Below, one piece after another: positions 42,721 to 55,094 of a stretch of 64,000 nt of DNA. The stretch is from NCBI GenBank assembly GCA_009914755.4, contig CP068257.2, positions 28,480,001 through 28,544,000 of the forward strand, read 5' to 3'. A program made the translations under genes and the position numbers. The DNA comes from the human T2T-CHM13v2.0 reference genome, Homo sapiens. The stretch's first letter is position 1. The number at the start of each line of letters is the position of its first letter. The notes under the pieces are model-generated. The model had not been told where the DNA came from. It did not search any database and saw only the letters and a list, made by a program, of their open reading frames with translations.

Positions 42721-43077
42721 TGTATTAGTCCATTCTCACACTGCTATAAGGACATATCCGAGACTGGGTAATTTATAAAGAAAAAGTTTAATGGACTCAG
42801 TTCCACATGGCTGGAGAGGCCTCACAATCATGGCAGAAGGTGAAGAAAGAGCAAAGGTACGTGATACACGGTGGCAGGCAAGAGAGCATGTTCAGGGGAA
42901 CTACTCTGTAAAATCACAAGATTTCATGAGAACTCACTCACTGTCACAAGAACAGCATGGAGGTAACCACCCCCATGATTCAATTACCTCTCACCAGGTC
43001 CCTCTCATGACACGTGGAGGTCACGGGAACTACAATTTAAGATGAGATTTGGGTGGGGACACAGCCAAACCATATCA
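42721..43077 (-). mobile_element. Solitary THE1/MST-class MaLR LTR, antisense
   Basis: 'tgtattagtccattctcacactgctataaggacatatccgagactgggtaatttataaagaaaaagtttaatggactcagttccacatggctggagaggcctcacaatcatggcagaaggtgaag...ggtccctctcatgacacgtggaggtcacgggaactacaatttaagatgagatttgggtggggacacagccaaaccatatca'. Confidence 0.85.
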
Positions 43078-43254
43078 GGCAGCTTAAAAGAATGGGTCTC
43101 TCTTTACCTGACCTCTTATCCTCCATCAGCATAGTCTGGATTAATAACATGGCAGGAGCATTACAAGTTAGAAAGTTTCCTTTGCACTCTGTTGGCTACA
43201 GAAAGCCATGAGGCCAGCCTTGATTCTAGGTCTGGAGCAGTAGACTCCACCTCT

Positions 43255-43354
43255 TTTTTTTTTTTTTTTTTTTTTTTTGAGACGGAGTCTCGCTCTGTCG
43301 CCCAGGCCGGACTGCGGACTGCAGTGGCGCAATCTCGGCTCACTGCAAGCTCCG
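43255..43354 (-). mobile_element. 5'-truncated young Alu (only about 75 bp of Alu 3' end plus a poly-T of about 25 nt) flanked by a perfect 14-bp target-site duplication 'tagactccacctct'
   Basis: 'tagactccacctct' + t(25) + 'gagacggagtctcgctctgtcgcccaggccggactgcggactgcagtggcgcaatctcggctcactgcaagctccg' + 'tagactccacctct'. There is an internal 7-bp duplication 'gactgcg/gactgca'. Confidence 0.85.
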
Positions 43355-46300
43355 TAGACTCCACCTCTTGATGGAAGAAGCTGCAAATGATTAGTAGCTA
43401 ATTGTAGTCTATCAAAATAGAGGAGATAGGGTGATGGAGGGTGGCTTGGAGAAGGCAGGGCTTAGGAAAGCAATGAAGCCACCAAAAGTATGCTTCAGAT
43501 TTCAGGTAAACATGTGTGATTGATGGGACATGAGAAAACTTGAGTACAGTTGTGTATACACGAAGTAGTTATGTATCATTGTAAAGAGAGAGTTGAAGAA
43601 GAAAAAGTAAGAGAGATGAAAGATAATTGAAAGTATATCAAAAAGCCTGTGAGCTCTAATAAAGGAAGTGAAATGATAATAACCACAGCTGGAGGTGAGA
43701 ATCCATGCTTCTGTCTATGAAACATGGAAGAGAGGGATTCACAAGATGAGAAGAGGGGAAAGAGGTCTGTCTCAGTAAGCCAGGCAATTAGCCATTGGGT
43801 TAAAGTTTGTGAGTGTAAATAGGAAAGGGATAGGTGTTCAGTAATGTTTTAGAGCATAATGAGCAAGAATAGAGAAGGTAAGAACCATAGCAGGAGGCAT
43901 CTAAAGAGATGTTAGGTGAACACATGATTTATCATCCAAAATTGGATTTTTGAGAGAAAAAGAGTGCTATTAATTATTGCTCCAGGAAAACAGGAGCTAA
44001 GCCAGTATCTACATACAGTTATCTGTGTCTTAGAAGACCAAATGAATTGTGACACTTACAAAGGTAAAGAAAAATTGGTAAAATTTTAAGCTTAGAAAAA
44101 CATAATGAATATGACTTTTGCTAAAGTTTAAGGCCAAAAGGGCACCCAAGTGAAATGCTCTGTGGGTAGAGAAATCAAGAGAACTATAAAGAGCTTACAA
44201 CCTGGATTGCTGGGAGATAATAATAGTAATTATATTTTACATTTACATAATGCCTTATGATTAAAATACTTTCACAGGCACTGCCTCATTTTATCCTTAC
44301 AGTAGCCCTTCCAGGTAGAGAGACTGGTTACTATCCTCCTTATATGGGGAGAAAGAGTGCTACATAGAAGACAGCACGCTCTTTCAAGATGCCTCATTAT
44401 GGCTGGCAGGTGCAGTGACCTTGCTGTGTATCCCTGGAAAGGTTATATAACCTCTTTGAGCATCAGGTTTTTCTTAACACATAAAAGAAGGGTAATAATG
44501 AGAATTAAATAATCTCTCTCTATATATGTATAGTTTATTTATATGAAATTTAACTTATGTATATATACACACAATGTATATGTCTAGTTACAAGCATGTA
44601 TTGTATATTGGAAAAGTTTATCCCTTTCCACACTCTGTAGATGAGAAAGCTGAAGTTAAGTTTTGTTGAAAGAGCCACATAATGAACTCAAATCTCCCAG
44701 TCCAGGACTCTTTGTGCTAAGCCATTTGCCGATTACTGGCAGTTGAAATAACAGGAATGAATGAGTTCTCAAAGGAAGTAAGCATATATGTGATCTAGGG
44801 AAGGAATAAAAAAAAATACGTCTCCCAACATCCTAAAGAAAAGAATTCTCAATAATAATTTAAGGAAAAAAATTAAGAAAGGTTCGAAAAACAGTTACAA
44901 GTTTATTGAAACAAATATTGACAATCTTAATGAATCTGACTTTTTTAGAGAAGTAAAAATGGAGGACATTTCAGGAGATGCAGAATGCAATATAAATGGC
45001 AGCTCAAAGCTGGAAGGCAATAGGTCTGAGTTCAAGTTGAGGTTGATGGACTAGAGAAGAGGAGTAATCACTGACGCAAGAGAAGGTGAGTGAAAAGCTG
45101 AAGGGCAGGTCTTTCCTGAGATTGGCTGATTTCAGTCTGGATAATGTCCAATGAATGTAGTGAGGTCTAGATTGAGGTGGGGAGGAGTTAGCCAGACAGG
45201 CTTAACTGCTCTTGGCCTCAGTTTACTCCATGATCCTTTTCAGTCTCACAATTGTATGATTCTGACCAAGTTGTCAGTTCTAGGGAAGAGGGAATGGAAA
45301 AAGGGCTTTATACGTGGCAGTTTTGTCTCCAATGCTTCTGACAATATTCATTACCAGTTAAATACCAGTGTTCTAAGAATTATTTTCCGTATGGTGAACC
45401 TGAATGTCCTTTTTTTCCCTCTGTACTCACTGAAATCCTCTCTTTCTATCACTGCAGTCTCTCCTCTCTCCCTTTTTTGTTTGTTTGCCCTGTTTTCTGG
45501 TTGTACCCTCTATTTATACTTTTAATTCTCCCTTATTATATGCCATCTATTTGTATTCTGAGAATCTGTTTGACAAATTTCTTTCCAGAAAACCCATACC
45601 CACAATTAACCTAGTTATTCAGTGTGTATGGGGGTATTTATTCCCTAAGAAAAGCATTCTTTGTCCCTCAAGCAGCGCAACCATGATAAAATGTCAGATA
45701 CATCTTTATGGTAGTAGGAGTGTTAGCCATTTTGCTATAGTCATGTCCATTTCATAATTTACTTTTTACTTAATATTTTGCTAGTCACTTTTACTAGCCA
45801 ATTCCAAGCTTTACTAATTGTAATCTGAATTCAGACCAAAAGATATTTTTTGTATCAGATTTTGTCCTCAACACTTTCTTAACGGGCAGTGTTTGTCCAT
45901 TAGCTATTTTCTTGGAAATAATCCTGCTAAAAGGATACTAAAAACACAAAACTGCTTAGACCCAGTTAGGAATTGAACTTCTGATTTTCCCCAGATAAGG
46001 TGCTTCATATTATGGTTTACTTATTACTTTCTTTCTTCATTGATTCATCTGTCATTCATTTTCTCAGCAAACAGTTGCCATCTCCTATGTGTAGTGTTTT
46101 GACATGCAATTACTAAACATTTTTTAAACACTGAACTTAATTTTTGTTTCAAGCCTACATGTTAGATACACTTCATCTTACTCTCTGAGAATGCAAAATT
46201 TTCCCAGGGTTGAATCTAAGTTCTGTGGGCCCGTGTCAAACCAAGTCATTGATTTGATATTTAAAATCTTCAGTTGTTCACCTTGGATTCTGCTGAGAAG

Positions 46301-47164
46301 CCCCTATTTCAGGATGATTTTCAGTTGTATCTGTCAAATAAAACCAGGAAAACCAAAATTCTTCTAGATATTAAAATTAGTGGAATTTAATAGAGGGATT
46401 TGCTTACACAGGTTACAGGGAGAGTTATGAAACCGAGGAGAGGACTATGGAACTTCCCGTATACTAACAACAGCAGAAAGCTGCAACTTCCCAGATGATG
46501 AAGGAAAAGGGAGTATTGCCAGACCCAGGAATGGGGTTCACTTGGCAAAAGGCAGAACCTGGGCTTCAGTTGGGCCCTTCTGATAGAGCTGGAGGGTGGA
46601 GTGAGGGAAAGTTTATAGTCCTCTCTGCCTCTGTCCTCCAATCTCTCACCTAGCAGGTGGCAGCTGAACACAGGATCTTGGGAAAACCAGCCTCAGTAGC
46701 CCATCTAGTATACTTGACTCTTGGAGCAAATATACCACTCCTCTGTAAGAGAAGATTTTTTCCAGAATAAGCTTCAAGTTAACATGTTTTTATTATCTAT
46801 ACTTTAATAAACATTTTTATAGACATTACTCTGAAGAAATTCCGGTGCATTCATACAGGTTAGAACCACTTGAGCTAGCTAGCATATAATCTATGCCTCC
46901 CATTTCAGTAGCACAGAAATTGCAAAGACATGGAAACAGAACAGAACTCTGTCATTTTATCATGACTTGAGGGTTTTATTTGTTTTTTAAAAAATTAAAA
47001 CAGTAAAACAGTATGGCTGGAGAAAAATTATTTGAAAATCATGCCTTGCTGAATTGGAATCTGGGAGAAAACTCTTTAACTTTGGCAACAGACCCATGAA
47101 GCCAAGTCCATGTGTGTCAGGGCGCATGGTAGTGTAGATGGCATCTTCTGTCTATTCATTTGTA

Positions 47165-47385
47165 GCATAGATGACATCTCTTTATCTATCATCTATGTGT
47201 CTATCTAATCCTCTATTATCTATCAATCACTATCATTATCTTTCATCTATCAATCAATCCATCAACTGTCTAAATATTATCTATTTATCATATATCTGTC
47301 ATCTGTCTATTAATTGTTTGTCTCTCTGTGTACCTACTATCTATTTATCTACCTATCTGCCTATCCATCTATCTTAGTTTGCTAG
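47165..47385. repeat. Degenerate (TATC)n/(ATCT)n-derived low-complexity block
   Basis: 'atctatcatctatgtgtctatctaatcctctattatctatcaatcactatcattatctttcatctatcaatcaatccatc...ctatctatttatctacctatctgcctatccatctatc'. Confidence 0.85.
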
Positions 47386-47770
47386 GGCTCCCATATCACA
47401 AACTGTGTGGCTTAAAGCAACAGAAATTTATAGTCTCACCGGGCTGGAGGTTAGAATTCTGAGATCCAGGTGTCCGCAGGGTTAGTTCCTTCTGAAGGTT
47501 GTGAGGGAAGAAGCTGTTCCAGGCCTCTTTCTCTAGCCTACAGATGACGATCTTCTCCCTATGTGTCTCCACATCACCTTTTCTCTGTACCTGTCTATGT
47601 CCAAATTTCCTCATGTTTTTATAAGAACACCAGTCATATCTAATATCGTACCTTAATAATTTTATTTTAACCTAATTACCTCTATAAAGACCCTATCTCC
47701 AAACACAGTTGCATTTTCATTTATGCAGAGGTGAGATCTTTAACATATAAATGGGGGGAAGGCACAGTTA
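47386..47770 (+). mobile_element. Second copy of the same ancient interspersed repeat family as 36118-36630
   Basis: 'ttagtttgctagggctcccatatcacaaactgtgtggcttaaagcaacagaaatttatagtctcaccgggctggaggttagaattctgagatccaggtgtccgcagggttagttccttctgaaggttgtgagggaagaagctgttccaggcctctttctctagcc...gtccaaatttcctcatgtttttataagaacaccagtcat...cctctataaagaccctatctccaaacacagt'. Confidence 0.5.
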
Positions 47771-50700
47771 AGCCCATAACACTACCTACCTCTCTGAAGA
47801 GTAATCACAATGATTGTTCAGAACTTACATCAAGAAATTACATTTTTTTGTTTGTTTTGATGTGGTGTTTTATCACTAACATTAATTAGAAAGGTAAGCA
47901 TGTGAAGATAATAAAGAACAGACCAATATTTAGTAGGTTTTATTATTGCTTTTCTATTATTTACAGAGAGAGCCCCCTCCTATTGCCTGTACCTGGGGAG
48001 GACTACTCTTACCACAAGCTCTTGGCACACACTGCCCAGCCGTGAGCATCAACCTCCACAGGATACAGATTAGACAGAGGAGTGAAGGAGCGGATCTGAA
48101 GGCATGCAGACATGGATGGGCCAGCTGCTTGTCCATGTGCATGACTGCTGTGTCTCATCTAGTCCCAGCCACTAGACCTTTTTGGGTCTGGCATGCTCTG
48201 TGCCCCTCTCGGATGGGTAGGAAATGTTCTTCTGCTCCCATGGCATTCCAGCTGCGGGGAACGTGGCAAGATTATCTTTTAGGCTGTCAGACTAAATACT
48301 TCACAGAGATGTCACTTATCCTCCAGCACTGTGAGGTCACAGGGAATACTTTGTTGACATCCTCAGCTCCACCTGAGTTAGGACACAGATCATTTCTGCC
48401 CTTGGATTCTCGAACCCATCTGAGAGTTTATTATTCCCCTGGGCCCCAGTCCCCAGGAACTGGACTAGGGAGTGGCCACCAGGCTACTCCCAGGGACACA
48501 CTGATATCTAGACCCTCTAAACTCTGCTCCTTATTATTATACCTTCATCCAAGGAAATCATTTTATACTCTTAATCTTAAAGATAACCATGTTATTCTTG
48601 GCCCATGATCTCCTAAGAATCTGGGCTTTTTATACTTAAAGCCAATAACTTTCTTTACATTTCTGAATTCCTTAGTTTCATCTCTTCTCTGGGGGAAGAG
48701 GGGTTGCATAGCAGTTAAACCCTCAAACCATTGCTCTGTATGTATACTGTTTTTTGATCATTCCTCAAGTTATTATTAAATAACAACTTAGTCCTGTTGT
48801 TGAATTCTTGATTTCTGCATGTTAACTATGTGACTTTGGCCAAGTGAGATAACCTTGTATGTCTCAATTCTTTTACTTGGCATGTTTTGGTAACGATATC
48901 TACACTCTCTACAGCACATGGTGGTTACAAAGATCAAAACAGTTTAACAAAATGCTTTTAAATATAGCAAGATTTTTTACAAATGAAAAAGATTATTGGT
49001 GTGCATTTAATTAAATTTGTAAACTGCAGGAGTATTACTCTCTTAAAACATCTTCAACCATGTGTGATTAAATAATATTTTGTGATGTTAACTATTTTTC
49101 TATTTTCTGATGTCAACTATTTTTCTCTTCTTATATTCTCCCTTTTTCCCTGGTCCGCATTCCAGAAGGTGATTAGCAAAGAATTTCACTGAGTATGTAG
49201 AAAAACGGAAGACAAAAGTACCCTTGAAGAGTTTTAGCCTATGCATTTGCTTCTGAAAACCTCTATGAAATTGCACAAGGTTTTTGACAGTGGGGAAGGA
49301 GAAGAAGGGTTACAGAGGCGACATTAGAAACATTTTATTGGGAAGTAGCCATTTTCTCTACCACTGCTTGTGGATAGCTGGTAACCAGGTCAGCAGGTAA
49401 GGTTCCTGGCTATGACTCTGGATAATGGTACCATAGATCATCTCAACACCAGCTATATTGGTATTTTCCAAAGTTCCCCAAGCAATTCTAATATACAGCC
49501 AGGGTTGAAATCTACCGGTTCAAGCAGCCCAGAACAAGAGTCTCAAAAAAAAAGGCCAAGTATGGCAGAATTGACGGAGCTAAGAAGCCTACAAAGACTC
49601 TGTGGGCAGATAAAATAGACAACTTCTCGGATACCTGCAGTTACTGATGACCATGGACTGACCCCGGAAACCACCATGGAACACTGCTTAGCCCTGCATA
49701 AGATCCTAACAACTGTATAATATGTGGGGAAGTACTCAAGAAGTTGAACTTCAGTTAAATTTTAGAAAATAAAGATAAATTTCATGCACGCCGGGGTTTG
49801 TAGTAAGAAATGTGCATTCTTAATGCATCTTTAAATTCCTGGAAAATTAGTAAAATTTATTTTTGGTGTAATTGGAAAAATACTGCAGCAGAGTGGAGCA
49901 GGGAAAAATAATCTTTCCAAAGCTACACATTGATTAATGGAAGGCCAAGCAACAAAAAACTTAGTTCCTGAAATGTTAACACATATTCAATAGCTAATAT
50001 TATCTTATGATTGCACCAAGTGTTATACCTTTTTACTCTTTGATCCTCTGGCTAGCAGAATAACATACTTCCCCATTTAGGCTGAGGAATCCATTCTTGT
50101 AAAGCTAATTACTTCTAGGTGAGCTAAAAGGTAAGAAAAATGATTCTATGACAACTTATTTGTCTGTAAAAGAAAAATGACTCTTTTCCAACATACCCAA
50201 TATTAGGCCTTTCTGAATCAAGTCTGATTAAAAAAATCAATCTTAGGAAAAATTCACCTTAATCACTATTTTTCTTATTTTTATTGCTAATCTTTGAAGA
50301 TATTTACACTTGTGTGATCTTATCATTTAATATTACCAGTGTTTTAAATACAGTTTTATATTACCAGGGGCTTCACCTACTGACGTCTTGCTGGTGGTTT
50401 GTAGAACGGAGTGAAGGTTGGATATTCACATCCAGGCTTGAGATAGCCCTGATTTAATGTTTCAGAGTTACTAAGTGATCTTGTGAGGACAGAAATTTAT
50501 TCTAATTGACCCTACAGCTAAATATATCAACATCATTGTAATCTATTTTATTTTATTACCATAAGGATGAAGATGCAATAAATTTTTGGTGAGCAAATTC
50601 AAGCTTCTCATTGCAATTATATACTCAAAATTAAATACATTTTTATTACAAAATAAGCACAATATTTGAAGAGTTAAAACTGAACATGTAAGCACTGATT

Positions 50701-51511
50701 GATTCACAAGATCTAAAAGCTATTCAGAAGCAACCCATAGGGGTGATCTTGCCTCATAAACACTCCCCACTCACTCTCACCCCACATGACCCACCACACT
50801 TTTAACCCTGATATTGATATGGGAAATGAAGAACTGAGAAAATCATGTGTGTAATTCAAGCAAAACAAAAAAACCTTCACCATACCTATTTGTTTAGTAG
50901 AGAATACAAAAAAGGTATTTATCTTAGCCTGACTAATTGTCTGAATCATTACCTTGATTCTTCGAATTGCTTAGCATGTTTATACCTGTGCAATGACTAA
51001 AGAATAAAACAAAGAAAAGAAACCATTCCCTTCAATGCCCAAACTGCAATTTTCTATTTGGGACCATATAACCTCTAGATAAGAATTGAGTGTTAATAGC
51101 CTCCCATTGATGTGTCTTATCAAGATAGATGCTTCTGTTTGCTTGACGTGCAGATGGTAGGCTATGAAAAATGTTAGTTTTCATTTATAAATTATTTTCC
51201 TTTAAACAGTAATTCTAGGCAAGTTTAACTGTATAAATTAGAGACCTTAAAATCTGTCTTCTTAATTGTCCTAAGAGAAATCAGAGCTCTCTTTTCACTA
51301 AAGTGTCTAATTTTTATTGTGTGAGTTCCTAAAGGAACAAAGCCTTTCATTAGATGGACATTTTCGTCTAATTCAACTAACGATTATTGTTTGATATCTA
51401 CAATTTTCCATGATAATCTTTTTAAAAAGGTCACCATTTAGTTGTTAGTATGTAGTACAAGAAACAATGTAGAGGAAAAATAATAGGTTACATTTTAGAA
51501 TAGGTATATGT

Positions 51512-51517
51512 TTTATT
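51512..51517 (-). terminator. CLDN17: Candidate CLDN17 polyadenylation signal AATAAA, about 355 nt downstream of the stop codon
   Basis: The plus strand reads 'gttttattgtt' (reverse complement 'aacaataaaac'). It is the first AATAAA hexamer 3' of the TAA on the coding strand. Confidence 0.45.
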
Positions 51518-51870
51518 GTTATAGAATATCAATTTCAACTTTAGATTCTTATCAGATAATACATGATGGTCAAAAAGTAATAAGTAGTCCATCATTGTAC
51601 ACTTGCTAATGATTATGGGTATACTTGAATTTAGAATATGAAAATTGGAGCAGCGATTGGGTCCAACAATAGTCAATGCATTTAATACACCTGAAGTCAG
51701 AATGTCCAAGTAAGTCATTTTCATTCCTACCACCAGTAACAAATTGAAACTTTCGTATCAATGTAAATCTAGACATAAAGCAAGTTCTCCTGCCTCACAT
51801 ACTTACAGTTTCTAGCAGGACTTTATAAAAAACATTGACCATAGTCCATACTTGGAGCCAAAAGGAGGCA

Positions 51871-52545
51871 TTAGACATAACTGGTGGAGGTCTTACTAAG
51901 CATTGTCGTATTTCTTCGCTTATCTGTGTGTGGCACACGGTAGCCAGGCACTGGATATCTGTACCCTTGCTTCTTTCTGTTGCAGCAGCAAAATCCACAA
52001 AGCAGACCCCCTCCAATGAAGAGGACAGCAGCGCTTGCCCAGCCAAGGAAAAGTGCTGCTCCCAGCTCTCGTTTCTGACCTATGTGGATGGCTGGGTTGT
52101 AGAAATCTCTGATGATTATATTGGCTGTCCAGCTCACCGGAATCAGAACGAAGATGCCCGTCAGGATGAAGAGGACTCCTGAAGTTCCCAGAAGGTATGC
52201 TTTGGCCCTCTCGTTAGAGCCTGTGCACTGGACCTGCTTCATGCCACAGATGCCAATAAGCAGGGCGATCAAGGAGAGAGCAACAGCCACACACATGAGG
52301 GCCCGGGCTGTTTCCAGGGCAGGCGGGAGAGCCAACAAGGAGCTATAGAACTTGCATTGCAACCGGACCCTGGCTTGTCGGATGCAATTCATCCAGAGCC
52401 CTTCCCAGAGCCTCTCAAAGACAATAATGTTGCTGCCAACAAAAGCTGATACTCTCCACTGAGGCAGAAGGGTTGTGGCAAGAGTCCCCACCATGCCAAG
52501 GAACCCAAGAACCAGCCCAGCAATTTGCAAGGGATAAAATGCCAT
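51871..52545 (-). CDS. CLDN17: Claudin-17, a tight-junction four-transmembrane protein; intact single-exon ORF of 224 aa
   Basis: The translation 'MAFYPLQIAGLVLGFLGMVGTLATTLLPQWRVSAFVGSNIIVFERLWEGLWMNCIRQARVRLQC...CCCNRKKQGYRYPVPGYRVPHTDKRRNTTMLSKTSTSYV' has the claudin family hallmarks. These are the W-GLW-C-C motif in extracellular loop 1, four hydrophobic transmembrane stretches, the C-terminal CCxN palmitoylation-type cluster and a terminal -YV PDZ-binding motif. I recognise the sequence as human CLDN17; claudin family membership is certain and the exact paralogue is from memory. There is a Kozak-compatible ATG (aaggcaATGg) and a TAA stop. Confidence 0.9.
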   Translation of the reverse strand: MAFYPLQIAGLVLGFLGMVGTLATTLLPQWRVSAFVGSNIIVFERLWEGLWMNCIRQARVRLQCKFYSSLLALPPALETARALMCVAVALSLIALLIGICGMKQVQCTGSNERAKAYLLGTSGVLFILTGIFVLIPVSWTANIIIRDFYNPAIHIGQKRELGAALFLGWASAAVLFIGGGLLCGFCCCNRKKQGYRYPVPGYRVPHTDKRRNTTMLSKTSTSYV

Positions 52546-52781
52546 TGCCTTTACTTTGAAGACTGGTTCAATTCGGAGTGGTAGAAGATGCTCAAGATGT
52601 AGAACGTGGAAGCCTTTTGAGTCTAGAGAAGTCTTTGATGATGTTCTCCTTGGCTGCTGCCCATAACGTTTTAGTCCAAATCAGTAGCTGTGACTGAACT
52701 TGGCCTAACTAGAAGTACCTGTTGTAAATGCATGTTGCCTTTTTTCATACACATTCATTTCAGTATGGATTATTTACTAGT

Positions 52782-52806
52782 CATATATAATTGTTTCCCA
52801 GCCAAT
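52782..52806 (-). promoter_or_regulatory. CLDN17: Candidate CLDN17 core promoter: TATA-like 'catatata' (52782-52789) plus a CCAAT box (52802-52806), about 240 bp upstream of the ATG
   Basis: The plus strand reads 'tcatatataattgtttcccagccaataagaagg'. Read on the minus strand, the order is CCAAT (as its reverse complement ATTGG) followed by 'TTATATATG', then about 210 nt to the ATG. Together with the poly-A signal this gives a transcript of about 1.25 kb. Confidence 0.4.
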
Positions 52807-54519
52807 AAGAAGGTAGCTAGGGGTGTGTCAAGAAATACTGCATTCAAGTTTAGGATTTCTCATATTATTATTGCCTTAGCAATGCTGTAATTAAGTGTCA
52901 AAGTTTCTATTGTGGATTGCTAATTACAGAGCTGAAACTTCCTGTGTAAAAATCACTCTGATATAAAAGTATAAATACATGTGTCAAGACACAGCTGAAG
53001 ACAATGCCAAAATGTTGTAAGTTTATTGGGGAGTAATTAAAAAACATTTTGGACTTTATTACTTTATTCTAGTGTAAGTAAGCCACTTTTCCTTAAGATG
53101 GTAATCAATTCTGGCTTTAATAAAGATGCCTCAATAGGGAGAAATATTTAGGTATTAGTTTCAAGACACACGAAAACTGTTGATACTTAGCAGGAGCCCT
53201 AAGCAAGAAATTAACATTTCATAGTTTATTCTTAAGATCCAGAAAAGAAGAAAATAGAGAAGTACTCCTTATAATTAATTTGAATGAACTGTTAATTATT
53301 ACATTAGCTGTTAAGGAACACCTCTCTCTCTATTGAAGTAATGTTTAATATGGAAACTTTCATTCAATGTTTCTTCAATGGCAGCTTGAAATAGATCACA
53401 TTTATTAAAGCCAAACACATACCTTTCATTTTTATGGAACAATATAAAAGTGGCCCTTGAAATAAGCTATGCAGTCACTTAAAATTTAGACGCTAGAGAA
53501 CAATTTAGTGCTGGAAGTTTATCTTCAAGGCCATCAAACTTAAGACCCTTATTTGCCAGATGAACGGGAGGTGTGCAAAGTGTTTGACTGAGACAAGCCA
53601 TGTGGTAACTGATCCAGGAACAAGCCCAGCCCTGTAACTCACTATGCTTACCTCCTCTGTCTGGTCCGATTCAAAAATAGGAAGGAAAGATGCTTTTTCG
53701 AATCTTTTCATATAAGTGGGACTAAACCCAGTAGAAATTTAACACTATCCTTTCTATAGTTTTTCAAATGGTTTTCAAAGGAAGAAAAATTCAACTGAGA
53801 TTATTTCAAAATTCGAGTCAAGTTGTAGCTTTTGACTGCCGCTTTCTTGCCACTCCCTAGAGGCAGTGGGGGGCTTCATGTGGGAGAAGTGGACCCTTTT
53901 CCTTTTTCTTTTACATCCCACTGGCAAGGGATCTATTCTAAGGATGAAAATGTCTCCAAAGCAAGCACGCCAACCACACTCCAGGTGGGAGGCATTACAA
54001 TTTGCAAAATGTCCTCCATTTCAGTCAATTACCGGCCAAAGATTTAATGGCTGGTCCAATGACATCCAGATTTAAAGAGTCCACTCACTGAATTAATGAA
54101 TGTGAAAATCACTGAGTTTTCAAAATGATTGGTCTGAGAACTCCCTCTCTAAGGAATGTGAATCATTGAGCAAACAGATGACTTCTGTGTCGTTAACAGT
54201 TTCCCAACACCGGATTGGATGAAGGGTTTCTTTGGCCCTTTGTTCATGGTTACTGAGACATAGGCTTAACCATTCCCTCCCTGACAGGATTTTCCAGCAT
54301 TACTCTGATTTGTTACTTCTGGGTCCTCTTCCTTGTTCTAGTTCCTCTTCCTCATTCTACTTCAGTTTTATTCCTATGTTCATTTTGTCCTGGAAGTTTC
54401 CAGTGTTTTTTTCCAATTATTTGCTTTCTCATCAGCTAGAGCATATTATCTGTATTATAAGTGAGAACACATGTTTGTTTAAGATATGGAGATACCTCCT
54501 AAATATAAAAATAATCTGA

Positions 54520-54882
<363 letters not shown>

Positions 54883-55094
54883 TTAAAAACATTTTAACCT
54901 TCTCTCCTTTGTATTTAGGGGAAGATACTGCTTTCCTCTCCAACCTTTCTATGAATCTTATCCCCTTCTACCTCATCAGTGGGACTTGCTCTATTGATCA
55001 TTCCCTCCTTTCATTGTACTGACACCTTCTCCCTCTCTCTGAGGTGTCCCTTAGAAAATAAACATACTCAATTTTCTTCTGTTTTAAAACTCCA

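Noticed and set aside
51835-52182. 115-aa plus-strand ORF overlapping CLDN17
   Set aside because: It is an antisense shadow ORF of the CLDN17 coding sequence with no independent support.
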